Source: an uncultured Chthonomonadaceae bacterium (GTDB taxonomy: Bacteria; Armatimonadota; Chthonomonadetes; Chthonomonadales; Chthonomonadaceae). From it: a DNA stretch of 64,000 nt. The stretch spans positions 672,001-736,000 of the forward strand of contig CAWFQB010000001.1 in assembly GCA_963817895.1 (NCBI GenBank), written 5' to 3'. Position numbers and translations under genes: made by a program. Positions 1 to 10,570 of the stretch are shown here, one piece after another; the first letter of the stretch is position 1, and each line of letters begins with the position of its first letter. The notes below the pieces were generated by a model. That model was not told the DNA's origin. It ran no database searches and saw nothing but the letters and a program-made list of their open reading frames with translations.

Positions 1-1539
1 GTCATGGACGTTGTTGACGCCGACCACTTTGATGCCGTCGAGTTTGGGCAGTTTGCCCGCGTTGTGGCGCGAAATCACGGCTTTGGTGAAGCCCTGCCGC
101 GCGGCTTCTTTCAGGCGTTTTTCGATCTGCGACACGGCGCGGATTTCTCCCGCCAGTCCCACTTCGCCCAACAGTATTGTCGTTGGTTCCACCGCCTGTT
201 CGCGGAAGTTGGACGCGATGGCAACGGCTGTCGCCAGATCGGACGCGGGTTCCACAATGCGGATTCCGCCCGCCACATTCACAAACACGTCCTGCTCGGC
301 GATTTTCAGGCCCACGCGCTTTTCCAGAACCGCTAAAATCATGTTGACGCGGTTCGGGTCCATGCCCGTGACGACGCGGCGCGGGCTGGCAAGGTTGGAA
401 CGGGCGACCAATGCCTGCACTTCCACCAGCAGGGCGCGCGAACCCTCCAGGGTACTGGCAACGGCAGACCCAGTGCCGCCCTCCGCCCGCTCTGAGAGCA
501 GGACGGCGCTCGGATTGTCCACGCCGATAAGCCCGTTCTCGTGCATCTCGAAAATGCCCAGTTCGTCGGTAGACCCGAACCGGTTTTTCGCCGCCCGCAG
601 CAGGCGGTAAGCGTGATGCCGGTCGCCCTCGAAATACAGAACCGTGTCTACGATATGCTCCAGACACGCGCGGCCCGGCCAGATTGCCCTCTTTGGTGAC
701 GTGTCCGATTAGGACAATCGGCACATGAACCGTTTTGGCGAACCGGGCCAGATGCGTGGCGCATTGCCGTATCTGCGTGACGGTTCCGGGCGCGCTGTCC
801 AGACTGGAATCCGACATGGTTTGAATACTGTCAATCACGGCAAGGGCGGGGCGCGTGGTTTCCAGATGGTGCAGTATCACGCCGATTTCCGTTTCCACGC
901 TGACCAGAAAGTTCGGGCTTTCCGCTCCCAACCGCGCGCTGCGCAACCGGATCTGCTGCGCGCTCTCTTCCCCGGAGATGTACAACACGCGGTTGGAAGT
1001 TGATGGTTGTGTCGTTCTCCGGGTGGATGCCCGGGTTGAGAGTGCTTCCCTTGCGCATTGGACGCAAGGTTGGGGAGGGCGCAATGAATTGCGCGCCTAC
1101 GTTTTTCCCTTTTCCCTTTTGTTCCTTGCCGTCAGTAGTTTCCGCTTGAACATTTGCGGCAATGCAATACGCAACCTGGCTCAACAATGTAGACTTTGCC
1201 GATACCCGGATCTCCACCGACGAGCATCAATCCACCGGGTACGATGCCGCCGCCCAACACGCGGTCGAACTCGCCGATGCCGCTGGAAAGCCGCGCCTGT
1301 CTGGTCATTTCGACTTCGGTAATCGGGATGGGCATACCGCTTGTCGTCGGCACAATTCCCCTGCCTGCCGAACTGAAACTCGCGATGCTGCCCGCTTTGC
1401 CTGCGCTGCCCGCTTTTTCCTTGACCGTCACTTCCTCGGTAAACGAGTCCCACGAGTCGCAGTCCGGGCATTTGCCCATCCACTTCGGTGACTCGTAGCT
1501 ACAGTTCTGACAGATGTATTTTGTTTGTAATCTTGCCAT
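1..1539 (-). CDS. radA: DNA repair protein RadA/Sms (3' end outside window; frameshifts near 1195, 990 and 665; ~45-50 aa insertion after Walker A)
   Basis: N-terminal C4 zinc finger YICQNC...KWMGKCPDC, EFDRVLGGGIVPG, GDPGIGK(ST), VLYISGEES, IDSIQT and GHVTKEGNLAGP, spread over three frames. Confidence 0.95.
1076..1100 (-). repeat. GTAG-type REP-like palindrome inside the radA insertion
   Basis: Minus strand reads GTAGGCGCGCAATTCATTGCGCCCT: a GTAG head plus a GC-rich hairpin. Confidence 0.6.
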
Positions 1540-1586
1540 AACACTTTACACTTCAATCTGACAGGTGAAAACAGGAAGCCGAAACG

Positions 1587-2964
1587 CTAATCTTCCTTGT
1601 CCTTTTCTTTGTTTTCCACTTTGCGGGCGTCGATGCGGATGGGTGTGCCTTCCAGCGGGTATTTCAGCGCGCAGTTGGTTTTCCAGATAGCGCTGGTAGG
1701 AGAAGTGCAGCATGTTCGGCGTCGTTGCAGAACAGCACGATGGTCGGCGGCTGAACGCGGGGCATCGTCGCATAGTACACTTTGAACGTGCGCCCATGAT
1801 CCATAAGCGGGCGGCGCTCGGTGGCGTCGCGAATAATGCGGTTCAGTTCGCCGGTCGGGATGCGGTGCGCGTGGTTCTGCGCGGCCGTGATCGCCGTTTC
1901 AATGGCGTAGCGAACGCCGAAACGTTCCTGCGCGGACACGAACACGAGCGGCGCATAGTCCAGAAACGGGCAGTCCTTGCGGAACCGCTCGGTAAACTTT
2001 TCGATTTTGTCGCGGTCGGGATGCCGCTGCCGCCCCTTCTCATAAACCACGCCGGGATCAACTAAGTCCCACTTGTTCACGACCATGATGCAGGCGCGTC
2101 CCGCCTCCTGCGCCATGCCCGCCACGCGCTTATCGCCGTCCAGCATCCCCGCGCTGCCGTCCATGACGACCATGCCGACATTGCTGCGCTCCAGCGCGGT
2201 TTGCGCCCGCATCACCATGTAGTATTCGACCGTCCCCTGAATTTTGCCGCTGCGCCGGATGCCCGCCGTGTCCAGCAGGACCAGTTTCTGCCCGTCCCAC
2301 TCCAACTGGGTATCAATGGTGTCGCGGGTCGTGCCGGGAATCGGGCTGACGATCACGCGCTCCTCGCCCAGAATCGCGTTCAGCAGGCTGGACTTGCCGA
2401 CGTTGGGACGCCCGATGATGGCAAGCCGGATCGCATCCTCGTCTTCCTCTTCGCGGTCGAAATCGGCGGGCAGAAGTTTGACAACTTCATCCAGCAAATC
2501 GCCGACGCCGATGCCGTTGCAGCGCGGAAATGGTATGCATGTCGCCCAGTCCCAGCGCGTAAAACTCCGCCGCGTCCTGCATCAGGCGGGGATTGTCGGT
2601 TTTGTTGACGACGAGCAGAACCGGGCGTTTGGAAGCGCGCAGCACGTCGGCCAATTCCTGATCCGTGCCGGTCATGCCGTCGGCGGCGTCCACGACGAAC
2701 AGAATGACTTCGGCCTCTTCCATCGCGATTTCGGCCTGAGCCCGCACCTGCAGCGCGAGCGGGTCGGTTTCATTGAGAATGATGCCGCCGGTATCAATGA
2801 CGGTGAATTCGTGGCCGCTGCCATTCGACATTGTGGTACAGGCGGTCGCGCGTGATGCCGGGCGTGTCTTCCACAATGGCGACGCGCCGCCCGACAAGGC
2901 GATTAAACAGGGTAGATTTGCCGACGTTGGGCCTGCCAACGACGGCGACAAGCGGACGGGACAT
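1587..2964 (-). CDS. der: Ribosome biogenesis GTPase Der/EngA (several single-base frameshifts)
   Basis: Two G domains (GRPNVGKS twice, DTGG/DTAG, NKTD/NKWD) and a KH-like C-terminus ([13 protein letters not shown]...LEGTPIRI). Confidence 0.95.
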
Positions 2965-2973
2965 AAGTTTCTC

Positions 2974-3059
2974 CAATTGCCGATTTGCGATTTTCGATTG
3001 ACGATTTTGGCTTGCATAGCTTCTAATCGTCAATCGAAAATCGTCAATCGAAAATCGCC
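2974..3059. repeat. Inverted heptamer tandem array (CGATTTT/CGATTGA ... AATCGAA/AATCGTC)
   Basis: About 4 units, a short spacer, then 5 reverse-complement units, directly upstream of der. Confidence 0.85.
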
Positions 3060-3466
3060 TGTCCCGTGTCCGCGCGGCAGAGGTGGCGGCGAGGTTAGAG
3101 CGGGGACGAGGCGAGGCGGCGCGAGCGCCGCAAAAGATGTGTTTTCAAAGTGAGTGTTTGCTTCACGGTTGAATGTTGTTCGGGTTGGTTGACCAGCTGA
3201 GCGATTACATGAGCGTTTGCGTTTTTCGGTGTTCGACTTGTTTGCAACGGAATGTGAACATTTCAGTGGCAGGCGCGTTGGTCGCGCCACACTATTGATT
3301 GTACCATTAACCGCCTGTATCGTCAACTCAGGCTGCTTGACCTGCATCGTTACGGCATGACAGGGCGCGGCAGTACCTTCTACAATTTGTCCTTTTTGTA
3401 TCCCAATCTGTCATGCCGCTGTTCTCTGGTATCGGAGGCTTTTTGCCGACTGCGGAACAGGCGGAA

Positions 3467-3628
3467 CTATTTGCCGACGCGTTGAGCCTGTTTGCGGGCG
3501 CGGAGGCGCGTGGGCGGCACGCTCCATGCTCTGGGTTCCGCGCCGGACGGGCGAAACGTGAGCAGGTGCCTATCCAGCGAACGGCGCAAAGTCGTAGTGG
3601 CGTGTCTGGTTATGGCGCGAACAGGCAT
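3467..3628 (-). CDS. Possible small basic protein (53 aa, MPVRAITRHAT...)
   Basis: ATG preceded by a GGAGGT RBS and open to TAG; no recognisable motif. Confidence 0.3.
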   Translation of the reverse strand: MPVRAITRHATTTLRRSLDRHLLTFRPSGAEPRAWSVPPTRLRARKQAQRVGK

Positions 3629-3735
3629 GGTAACAAACCTCCAGTATCCCTTTCACGGGCAGAGAACGCGATGATGAGGTTGATTGTTGGCTGCATGGCC
3701 GGCTTTCTTGAGCGCGCGAAAACTTGTTAAAAACG

Positions 3736-3779
3736 CAAACCGCCTGCCACAACGCTAATCTGTTGCGGCAGGCGGTTTG
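3736..3779. terminator. Hairpin downstream of the DUF4382 lipoprotein gene
   Basis: CAAACCGCCTGCC...GGCAGGCGGTTTG inverted repeat. Confidence 0.6.
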
Positions 3780-3834
3780 TCATCCCTATGCGGTTTTGGC
3801 GGCGCGTTTTTCGCAACCGGGAAAGCCGGAGTGA

Positions 3835-5013
3835 TTACGGTTGTAGTGGCCCGTCATTGCCATTGCCTCCATCGTGGCCTGCCGGTCCATGTCCCGGCAT
3901 GTCCTGCTTCAGCAGCACCGCGCTGGCGGTCAGCGTCTGGCCGGGCGTGTCGAACGCGCCCTGAACGCCAATCACGCTGCCGACCGTGACATTGGCAAAT
4001 GTACCCTGCGACTGCCGTCCGTTGGGGAAGCGGGTTGTGGAAGTAGTCTTTACCGTGATGGTTCCGCCCGTCGGCAGGAAGTGTTCCGCGCCCGCAATGG
4101 TCAGCGTGAAGCTGTTGTTACTCGTGTCCACGCTGGCGACGGTTCCCCGCACCTGGGCGCGCGGAATGGTAGTGTAGTCGTTCAGCACGACCGAAGTTGC
4201 CGTAAGCGTTTGTGTGGAAGCATCGAAAGCGCCATCTACCGCCACGCTCTGGCCGTTGGCAAGCGCGATTGCGCTTCCGGTTTGCCCGCTGGTAATCGTG
4301 GTCGTACTCGTCAGCGCGACGGTAATCGTTTTTCCATTTGGACCCTGGAGGGTGAAGCCGGTTGTGCCATTCAGGTTGGCGACCGTACCCATGAGATGTC
4401 CGCCCCGCGCTTTTGTGCCGATCATGCCGCCATCGCCACACGCGATCTGTGGACGCAGGACGCTGCCGACGAGTTTGAATTCCGCCAGTTTGAAGTCTAC
4501 CAGAACCGTCGCGGTTTGTCCTGCCTGTACTTTGGTGGGCGTGGGAACCACAAGGGCGATCTGGCCGTTGGCGTCCGTGCCGAGCGTAGTGTCTACGGCT
4601 GTACTTGTGCTGGTTCCGTCCTGCGCGACGAGCGTAATGTGGTCGCCGAACGTGACGCGGGCACTGGTATAGGTTCCCGTCGGCACATTCACGGTAGAAA
4701 GCAGTTGCGCAGTGCTGGAAAGCGCGCTGAAATCAATGGTCTGTCCCGCGTCGCTGGCGTACACGGTCGTGTAGTTGGTTCCATCGGTCGAAAGTTCGAT
4801 CTTGTACAGGGTGACAAGCACCTGTTTGTACTGGTCGCTGAAAGCGTCCGTGATGTACACTTCGAGGGGCGCGCTGCGTCCGGTTGACGTGCCGGAACCG
4901 TCAGCAACGGGTCCACCGCCGCTGGCCCCGCCGCATCCGGGCAGAGTGGTGAGCAGAAGAGGCAGGGCAAGCGTGGCGAAAAGCCATCGAGATTGTCGCA
5001 TGAGTGTTGGCAA
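3835..5013 (-). CDS. Lipoprotein with a DUF4382-like N-domain and two DUF5666-like beta repeats
   Basis: Lipobox LPGC; LEVYITDA motif; two repeats of the type V.V.GAFD..TQTLTA..V.L. Confidence 0.75.
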   Translation of the reverse strand: MPTLMRQSRWLFATLALPLLLTTLPGCGGASGGGPVADGSGTSTGRSAPLEVYITDAFSDQYKQVLVTLYKIELSTDGTNYTTVYASDAGQTIDFSALSSTAQLLSTVNVPTGTYTSARVTFGDHITLVAQDGTSTSTAVDTTLGTDANGQIALVVPTPTKVQAGQTATVLVDFKLAEFKLVGSVLRPQIACGDGGMIGTKARGGHLMGTVANLNGTTGFTLQGPNGKTITVALTSTTTITSGQTGSAIALANGQSVAVDGAFDASTQTLTATSVVLNDYTTIPRAQVRGTVASVDTSNNSFTLTIAGAEHFLPTGGTITVKTTSTTRFPNGRQSQGTFANVTVGSVIGVQGAFDTPGQTLTASAVLLKQDMPGHGPAGHDGGNGNDGPLQP

Positions 5014-5470
5014 TCCTTTCCTCGCGCAAGTGTTTCCTGCGCAGCGGCAAACGGTTCGGCAACTCTACCCTTAAAAGGCGTAATCACCGGTTCGAGTCCG
5101 TTTATGAGAGTGAAAGCAGTATGCCCTGGGGTCAGGCAAGAAACCGGTCGAGCGAACTCCGGTCAAGGGAAATGAGCGCTACTCTACTATGAAACCACAG
5201 AAATGTGAAAAAATTATAAAAATTTGTAAATTTTTCGTCCACCGTAAAATTTTCAGGCTGAAGTGGTTGAAGTATGTTTCTGACGAACGCGCGAACCTCA
5301 GCGAAAGCAACATTTGAACGAACTTTGAAACGAAACCGATTATAGCCGCGTCTATACAGGAAGGGAGTTTTCATCGAAATGTTGAATAGAACCCCTGCCA
5401 TTCTTTTCATGTTTTCAACCCATACGCCCCCTTTTGCGGGCCTGTTTCTTCAGGAGGTTTCATTCTCACC

Positions 5471-5650
5471 ATGACAAAATTGCGAGACACCGCGAAAGAG
5501 GAGCAGAACCGCTCCCAAAAACTGAATCAACAGGGCAAGCGCAAAGAGACCGTCCATGCGGGCGGGACGCCCGACTTCAACGAAGCCACCGGCAAATACC
5601 TCACGCCTGCGGAAAAACTGCTGCGCAAAAATTTCAAATGGGCGAAGTAG
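5471..5650 (+). CDS. Small protein (59 aa) with a GGTPDFNEATG motif
   Basis: AGGAGG RBS upstream; MTKLRDTAKEEQ...AGGTPDFNEATGKYLTPAEKLLRKNFKWAK*; shares its motif with the next ORF. Confidence 0.7.
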   Translation: MTKLRDTAKEEQNRSQKLNQQGKRKETVHAGGTPDFNEATGKYLTPAEKLLRKNFKWAK

Positions 5651-5735
5651 GTATTCGGTATTCGGCTGGCTGCGATAAAGTAAACTGTCGCGCTATCGTA
5701 TTTTCCGAACACCAAACACCGAATACCGAATACCG
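5650..5735. repeat. Inverted heptamer tandem array (GGTATTC ... CCGAAYA)
   Basis: 2 units, spacer, then 4 reverse-complement units, lying between the two small ORFs. Confidence 0.8.
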
Positions 5736-5745
5736 GGAGACAATC

Positions 5746-5944
5746 ATGCCTGAATTGACGCCGGAACAGAAGAAACTCATTGACGCCAAAATCGAGAAAG
5801 ACGGACTGAACGAGTTTGGCGATCCCAAAGGAACCGATGTACATGGGCGGAACCCCGCTGTTCAATGAAATGACGGGGGATCAACTGGATCGTTATCAAT
5901 ACATCGTCGGCAAGCACCCCGATTGGCTGCCGCAGTCGAAATAG
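5746..5944 (+). CDS. Small protein (~65 aa, one +1 frameshift near 5836) with an NEFGDPKGTMYMGGTPLFNEMTG...YI...HPDW motif
   Basis: GGAGA RBS; removing one base joins MPELTPEQKK...GDPKGT to MYMGGTPLFNEMTGDQLDRYQYIVGKHPDWLPQSK*. Confidence 0.75.
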
Positions 5945-5951
5945 TAGGAGA

Positions 5952-6014
5952 AGATACGAGATACGAGATACAAGTGGATGCTTCTCGTATCTCGTACCTC
6001 GTATCTCCTACCTC
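5952..6014. repeat. Inverted heptamer tandem array (AGATACG ... TCTCGTA)
   Basis: 3 units, short spacer, then 4 reverse-complement units. Confidence 0.85.
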
Positions 6015-6029
6015 AGAAACGAGGATTAC

Positions 6030-7830
6030 ATGCCTTCTAAATCTGTTTCTTTTACCGGACGCGCGCTGGTGGCGCTGGTATTGGCCGGGGCTGCCGTGCC
6101 GACTGTGCAGGCGTGGCGGCACAGTCATTTGGGCGTGGTCATGGCGCAGGCCGAGGCTTCGACCGGTTATGACACCGATGCGCAGTGGACGCTGCCTGAC
6201 ACGCTGGAATTACAGTTGAAACCCGGCGTCAGCAGTGACGTACTGGCCGAACTGAGCAAAAAAGTCGGCGCGAATGTCGTCTTTAACAGCGATGCGGGCG
6301 CCGAAACGGGCGTTGCCCGCGTCACGTTGCCGGACGGCGCGAATATGCAGGCGGCATTGGATGCGTTGCGCGGCGACCCGAATGTGGAAGTGGCGGACGT
6401 GGAACATCTGTACCGCGATCCCGATGTGCAGGCGGAAGAGACAAGTTTGAGCAACCCCGTCAAATCGGATGGTGACGGCAGCCGCTGGAAGCCCAACGAT
6501 CCGCGCTACGGCGAGCAGTGGAACTTTCAGGTCGTAAAGGCTGAAGAAGCGTGGGAAATCACCAAAGGCAAGGGCGTGACGGTTGCCGTGATTGATACGG
6601 GCGTAGCCTATGCCGACAGCCGCAAGGGGAAAATCGCCCGCGACTTCAAGGAGACGAAGTTCGCCAAAGGCCACGATTTTGTCAACAAGGACGACATTCC
6701 CTACGACGATCAGGGACACGGCACACACGTCGCCGGCACGATTGCGGAGAGTACGGACAACAATGAGGGCGTGGCGGGACTGGCGTTCGAGGCAACCGTG
6801 ATGCCGATCAAGGTGTTGAGCGCGCAGGGCGGCGGCACATCGGCGGATATTGGCGAAGGTATCCGGTGGGCGGCGGATCATGGCGCGAAGGTCATCAACA
6901 TGAGTCTGGGTGGGCCGTATCCCGACAAACTGATGGGTTCGGCCTGCGAGTATGCGTATAAGAAGGGCGTGACGATTGTGTGCGCGGCGGGCAATTCAGG
7001 GCGTGAGGGCGTGGGCTATCCCGCCGGGTTCCCGGAGTGCATCGCGGTATCCGCCATTGGTCCGACAAAGCAGCTGAGTTTCTACTCGTCATGGGGCAAG
7101 CAGGTAGCAATTGCCGCGCCGGGTGGCGACTCGCAGGTGGGCGGACCCGCTGAAGGCAAAATCCTGCAAAACACGGTCTTGCAGGGTAAAGACGACTACT
7201 ATGCGTTTCAGGGCACGTCTATGGCGTCGCCCCACGTCGCGGCGATTGCGGCCCTTGTCGAGTCGAAGGGCATAACCGACCCGAAGGACGTGCGCGCGGT
7301 CTTACAGAAGTCGGCGCAAAAGGTGGACGGCCCGAAAGAGAAGTATGGCGCGGGCATCGTGGACGCGGCGGGCGCGGCGAAACTGGCGGCGAATACCTAC
7401 GGCGACGGGGTTGCGCGGTTCTGGTTTGTGGTTGCCATGTTCGCGGGCTGCTATATGGTGGGCAAATCGCGCGGCCAAACAGGGTGAGCGCGACCCGTAC
7501 CCGGTCTGGACAACAGCCGCGTTCGCGTTTGGCCTGCTGTTCCCCGACTGGCTGATGGGCTATCTGGGCATGTCGTCGCACATCAACCTGATTGCGCACA
7601 GCGTTCTGGTTCCCGCCGGATTGCTGCTGTTGGGCGCAAAGGGCAAGGACGAACTGCGCTGCCTGGGCTGGCTGTCGTTCGGCCTGACCCTGCATCTCGG
7701 CTGGGAGTTCCTGCGCCATACGGTTCCGATGGGCGTGGATTTAGGAATGTTGCCGTCCCTCGCGTGGATGGGGGGCAACGTGGTTATTGGGTTGGGCATG
7801 TGGCTCACTGGTCTGACTGCCAAAGACTAA
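6030..7830 (+). CDS. Secreted S8 subtilisin-like serine peptidase with a C-terminal multi-TM domain (frameshift near 7480)
   Basis: Catalytic motifs VAVIDTG, HGTHVAGTIA and GTSMASPHVA; signal peptide; hydrophobic tail continues in ORF 7345..7830. Confidence 0.9.
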
Positions 7831-7897
7831 TCATCTTATGCCTGTCAATCTCCAACCGCGCACATAAAAGCCGCCAATGTTGGCAAGCAGTACAATC

Positions 7898-7937
7898 AAG
7901 AAAGGAGGCGGGCAGAATGTTGCCCGCCTCCTTTCTT
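7898..7937 (+). terminator. Intrinsic terminator (bidirectional-type hairpin)
   Basis: AAGAAAGGAGGCGGGCA...TGCCCGCCTCCTTTCTT. Confidence 0.75.
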
Positions 7938-8014
7938 GTTGACAGTCAAGTCAGCCTTTGTTATAATGATTGTCGGAGCAGGTAATTTGTGAGTAGGCTT
8001 GATAAGGAGAAATT

Positions 8015-8446
8015 ATGCAGCAACTAGAACTTAGCCGTCAGGAGATCGGACAGCGGGGCGAAGAACTGTATCGGCAGCACATCCGGCAGCAGGTGGAAAC
8101 CGAAGCCAATATCGGGAAAATGGTTATCATTGACATAGACAGTGGCGACTTCGAGGTGGGAGATAACATTGCTATCGAGGCAACACGACAATTAAGGGAC
8201 AGGCATGCCGATGGCAGATTTTATGGTATCAAGATTGGTTACAATGTTACGGCGTCTTTTGGCGGCGGAATGGAGCGAACAACGCCTATGATCGCGAATC
8301 AAACGACGCCTTACGCGGCGATTGTACCGGAAGTCAATGCCTCATTACATGCTGAGACACACATTCCGCTGGTTCGCGTAATGGAAGAGGGGTTGGCAAA
8401 GCGGCTTGTCAAAACGGTTGTCGAGGACGCCAACGCCGAAATATGA
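8015..8446 (+). CDS. Small conserved hypothetical protein (GEELY...GKMVIIDIDSGDFEV family)
   Basis: AAGGAG RBS; N-terminal ~90 aa resembles a widespread small-protein family; C-terminal extension uncertain. Confidence 0.65.
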   Translation: MQQLELSRQEIGQRGEELYRQHIRQQVETEANIGKMVIIDIDSGDFEVGDNIAIEATRQLRDRHADGRFYGIKIGYNVTASFGGGMERTTPMIANQTTPYAAIVPEVNASLHAETHIPLVRVMEEGLAKRLVKTVVEDANAEI

Positions 8447-8513
8447 GTATAGTTCCTTCTGATTGTTGGTCATAGAACATTGCAGCCGGACATGTATTTG
8501 TCCGGCTTTTTTA

Positions 8514-8560
8514 CCTCACCCCAACCCTCTCCTTGCCGCGCAACGCGCTAGGAGAGGGAG
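8514..8560. repeat. CCTCACCCCAACCCTCTCC...GGAGAGGG REP-like palindrome
   Basis: Related copies at 20930-20988 and 58871-58910. Confidence 0.6.
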
Positions 8561-8760
8561 CAGATGCTTCAATGCGATAAATTGTGCGTTGAGGCGGGAA
8601 GGTGAATATGCAATTCAAGTAGGAAGCGAACAGAAACAAGTTTCGGCGCGTCAGACAAGGGAATGGTAGCCGAAGGCGCGTTCCGCCGTTTCTATGCAGT
8701 GACACCGCGCAACCTCAATGCGGACTTCCTTTGGATACTGTGATGTGAACGGAGAACTTT

Positions 8761-10479
8761 ATGCGAACTCAACGCTGGATGGCCGGGATGTTGCTGATGC
8801 TGCCGCTGTGGGCGCGGGCGCAGAATGGCGCGACTGCCGAAGACCCGCTGGCGAAAGCCTTGCAGCAGAGCAGTGTGTTTGTCGGCAAAACCCTGCGCGG
8901 ACAGGTGAACCAGAACGCGCTGGAGCAGTTGACGCAGAACGCTGCTGCCGAGCGTCCGCTGAAAATCGCCGTTGTCAGTCAGTTGCCTGCCAGTGGCAAG
9001 CAGTTCGCCACGCGCAACAATTATACCAAATCTTTGCACGACTGGCTTGGAATGGGGCGCGGGACGCTGATTGTCCGCACCAATGCGGGCGTTTCGGCGG
9101 CGACGGACGCGGTTCCCGCCACCCGAATTACGCAAATATTGCAGAAACATGCCTCGGAACTACAGGGCGATTTTGTGAACGGAATTCGGCAGACGGTTGC
9201 CGATCTGGACGCGGCGGCAACAGGACAGGCGAACGGCGTTCCAGCCACGCCCCTCTCCCCGGTTTCACCCGCTAATGGAACAGCAGATAATGGCTTCACA
9301 GCGGGGGGCGCAGATATTTCCCGGCCCAATACAGAGGGCGGCGTTCCGGGCTTTTTGTGGCTGATTCCGGCTGTGGGAATCGGCGGAGCGGCGTTGTGGG
9401 CGGGCAAGCGGGCAATGGACAAAGGGCAGGCGATGCGGCAGGCGCGGCAGCCTATTCAACGTTTACACGGAGAAGTGGTAAATGGCATCGCGTATGCGGA
9501 TACTTATCTGGATTTGCTGCCTGCGTCCTCAGAAGTGGAACAGGCGCGGGGCGCGCGACAACAGGCGGCGGGATTGCTGGATCAGGCCAACGCATTATTG
9601 CCAACGGCGCGAACAGTGGAAGATTACGGGCAACTGGAAGCCCTGCTGGAACAGGCCAAAGCGCTCACGCGAACCTGTCACAGCCTCATAGATACAGCGA
9701 CGGGCGGCACGGGGCTTGCGGTTGCGGTTGATGGCACGGACTACAGGGCCACTCCCGCTACGCATGACAACACGCCGCCCGACCAATCCGCGCCCATTAT
9801 TCCCCATTTGCGCGTGGAAGACATTCCCGCGAACGAGCGCGCGGCCTGTTTCTTCTGTTCGCGTCCCGCCCGCATTACCGATTTGACGCCGATTACGATT
9901 GCCATCAACGGACAGCGGCGCAAGGTGCTTGCCTGCGCGGACGATGTTGGCATTATTCAGCGCGGCGCGACGCCGAAAGTGCGCAGCATGTCGGCGGCAG
10001 GAGGACAGGCTGTTCCCTGGTACGCCAGTCGGGGCTACGATCCCTACCGCGACTACTACCGTTCCGACATGGTTTTCGTGCCGGGGTACGGGTATGGCGG
10101 CGGGGTAGCGGATGGTTTCCTGTTCGGCGCGTTGATGTCGCAGCCGTATGCGATGCCCTATCCCGTTTTCATCAACCAAAACGGCGACCCGACCAACGAT
10201 TTTGTTCAGGCCGGTCCGCCTGCTTATGCCGATAACGGCTTCAATGGCGACAACACGGGGGGTTACGACAACAGCGCGGCTGCCGGGTATGACAACGGCG
10301 GCAATGACGCGGGCGTGGGCGGCGCGGATTTCAGCGGCAACGCCGATGCGGGCGGCGCTGCCGACTTCAGCAGCAGCGCAAGCGTGGATTTCAGCAGTTC
10401 CAGTTCCGACTTCGGCGGTGGCGGCGCGGATTTTGGCGGCGGTGGCAGTGATTTTGGTGGCGGCGGTGGCGACTTCTGA
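8761..10479 (+). CDS. Membrane protein: TPM-like exported domain, TM helix, helical region, CxxC zinc-ribbon-like segment, Gly/Asp-rich tail
   Basis: Signal peptide; TM GFLWLIPAVGIGGAALW; ACFFCSRP...LAC; C-terminal (S/A)DFGGGG repeats. Confidence 0.75.
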   Translation: MRTQRWMAGMLLMLPLWARAQNGATAEDPLAKALQQSSVFVGKTLRGQVNQNALEQLTQNAAAERPLKIAVVSQLPASGKQFATRNNYTKSLHDWLGMGRGTLIVRTNAGVSAATDAVPATRITQILQKHASELQGDFVNGIRQTVADLDAAATGQANGVPATPLSPVSPANGTADNGFTAGGADISRPNTEGGVPGFLWLIPAVGIGGAALWAGKRAMDKGQAMRQARQPIQRLHGEVVNGIAYADTYLDLLPASSEVEQARGARQQAAGLLDQANALLPTARTVEDYGQLEALLEQAKALTRTCHSLIDTATGGTGLAVAVDGTDYRATPATHDNTPPDQSAPIIPHLRVEDIPANERAACFFCSRPARITDLTPITIAINGQRRKVLACADDVGIIQRGATPKVRSMSAAGGQAVPWYASRGYDPYRDYYRSDMVFVPGYGYGGGVADGFLFGALMSQPYAMPYPVFINQNGDPTNDFVQAGPPAYADNGFNGDNTGGYDNSAAAGYDNGGNDAGVGGADFSGNADAGGAADFSSSASVDFSSSSSDFGGGGADFGGGGSDFGGGGGDF

Positions 10480-10489
10480 ATTCACGACG

Positions 10490-10536
10490 GGGCGCATTGT
10501 TAGCGGCAGTTCTCAACTTCCGGCAACAATGCGCCC
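10490..10536. terminator. Hairpin between convergent genes
   Basis: GGGCGCATTGTT...AACAATGCGCCC. Confidence 0.55.
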
Positions 10537-10570
10537 GGTTTTATTCCGTTTCTCCTGTGGAATTCTGAAT

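Noticed and set aside
985..1150. radA insertion as an intein or intron
   Set aside because: Too short, lacks the C/S...HN intein termini, and shows no group I/II intron features.
1587..2964. der (and radA) as true pseudogenes
   Set aside because: Motifs are intact and der is normally essential; the breaks look like single-base consensus errors.
3030..3730. ORFs 3030..3347 (-) and 3413..3730 (+) as genes
   Set aside because: No recognisable motifs or clear RBS; the first runs into a repeat array.
5060..5112. tRNA-like GGTTCGAGTCC T-loop motif
   Set aside because: Only a 3-bp T stem; no convincing D arm, anticodon arm or acceptor stem could be built.
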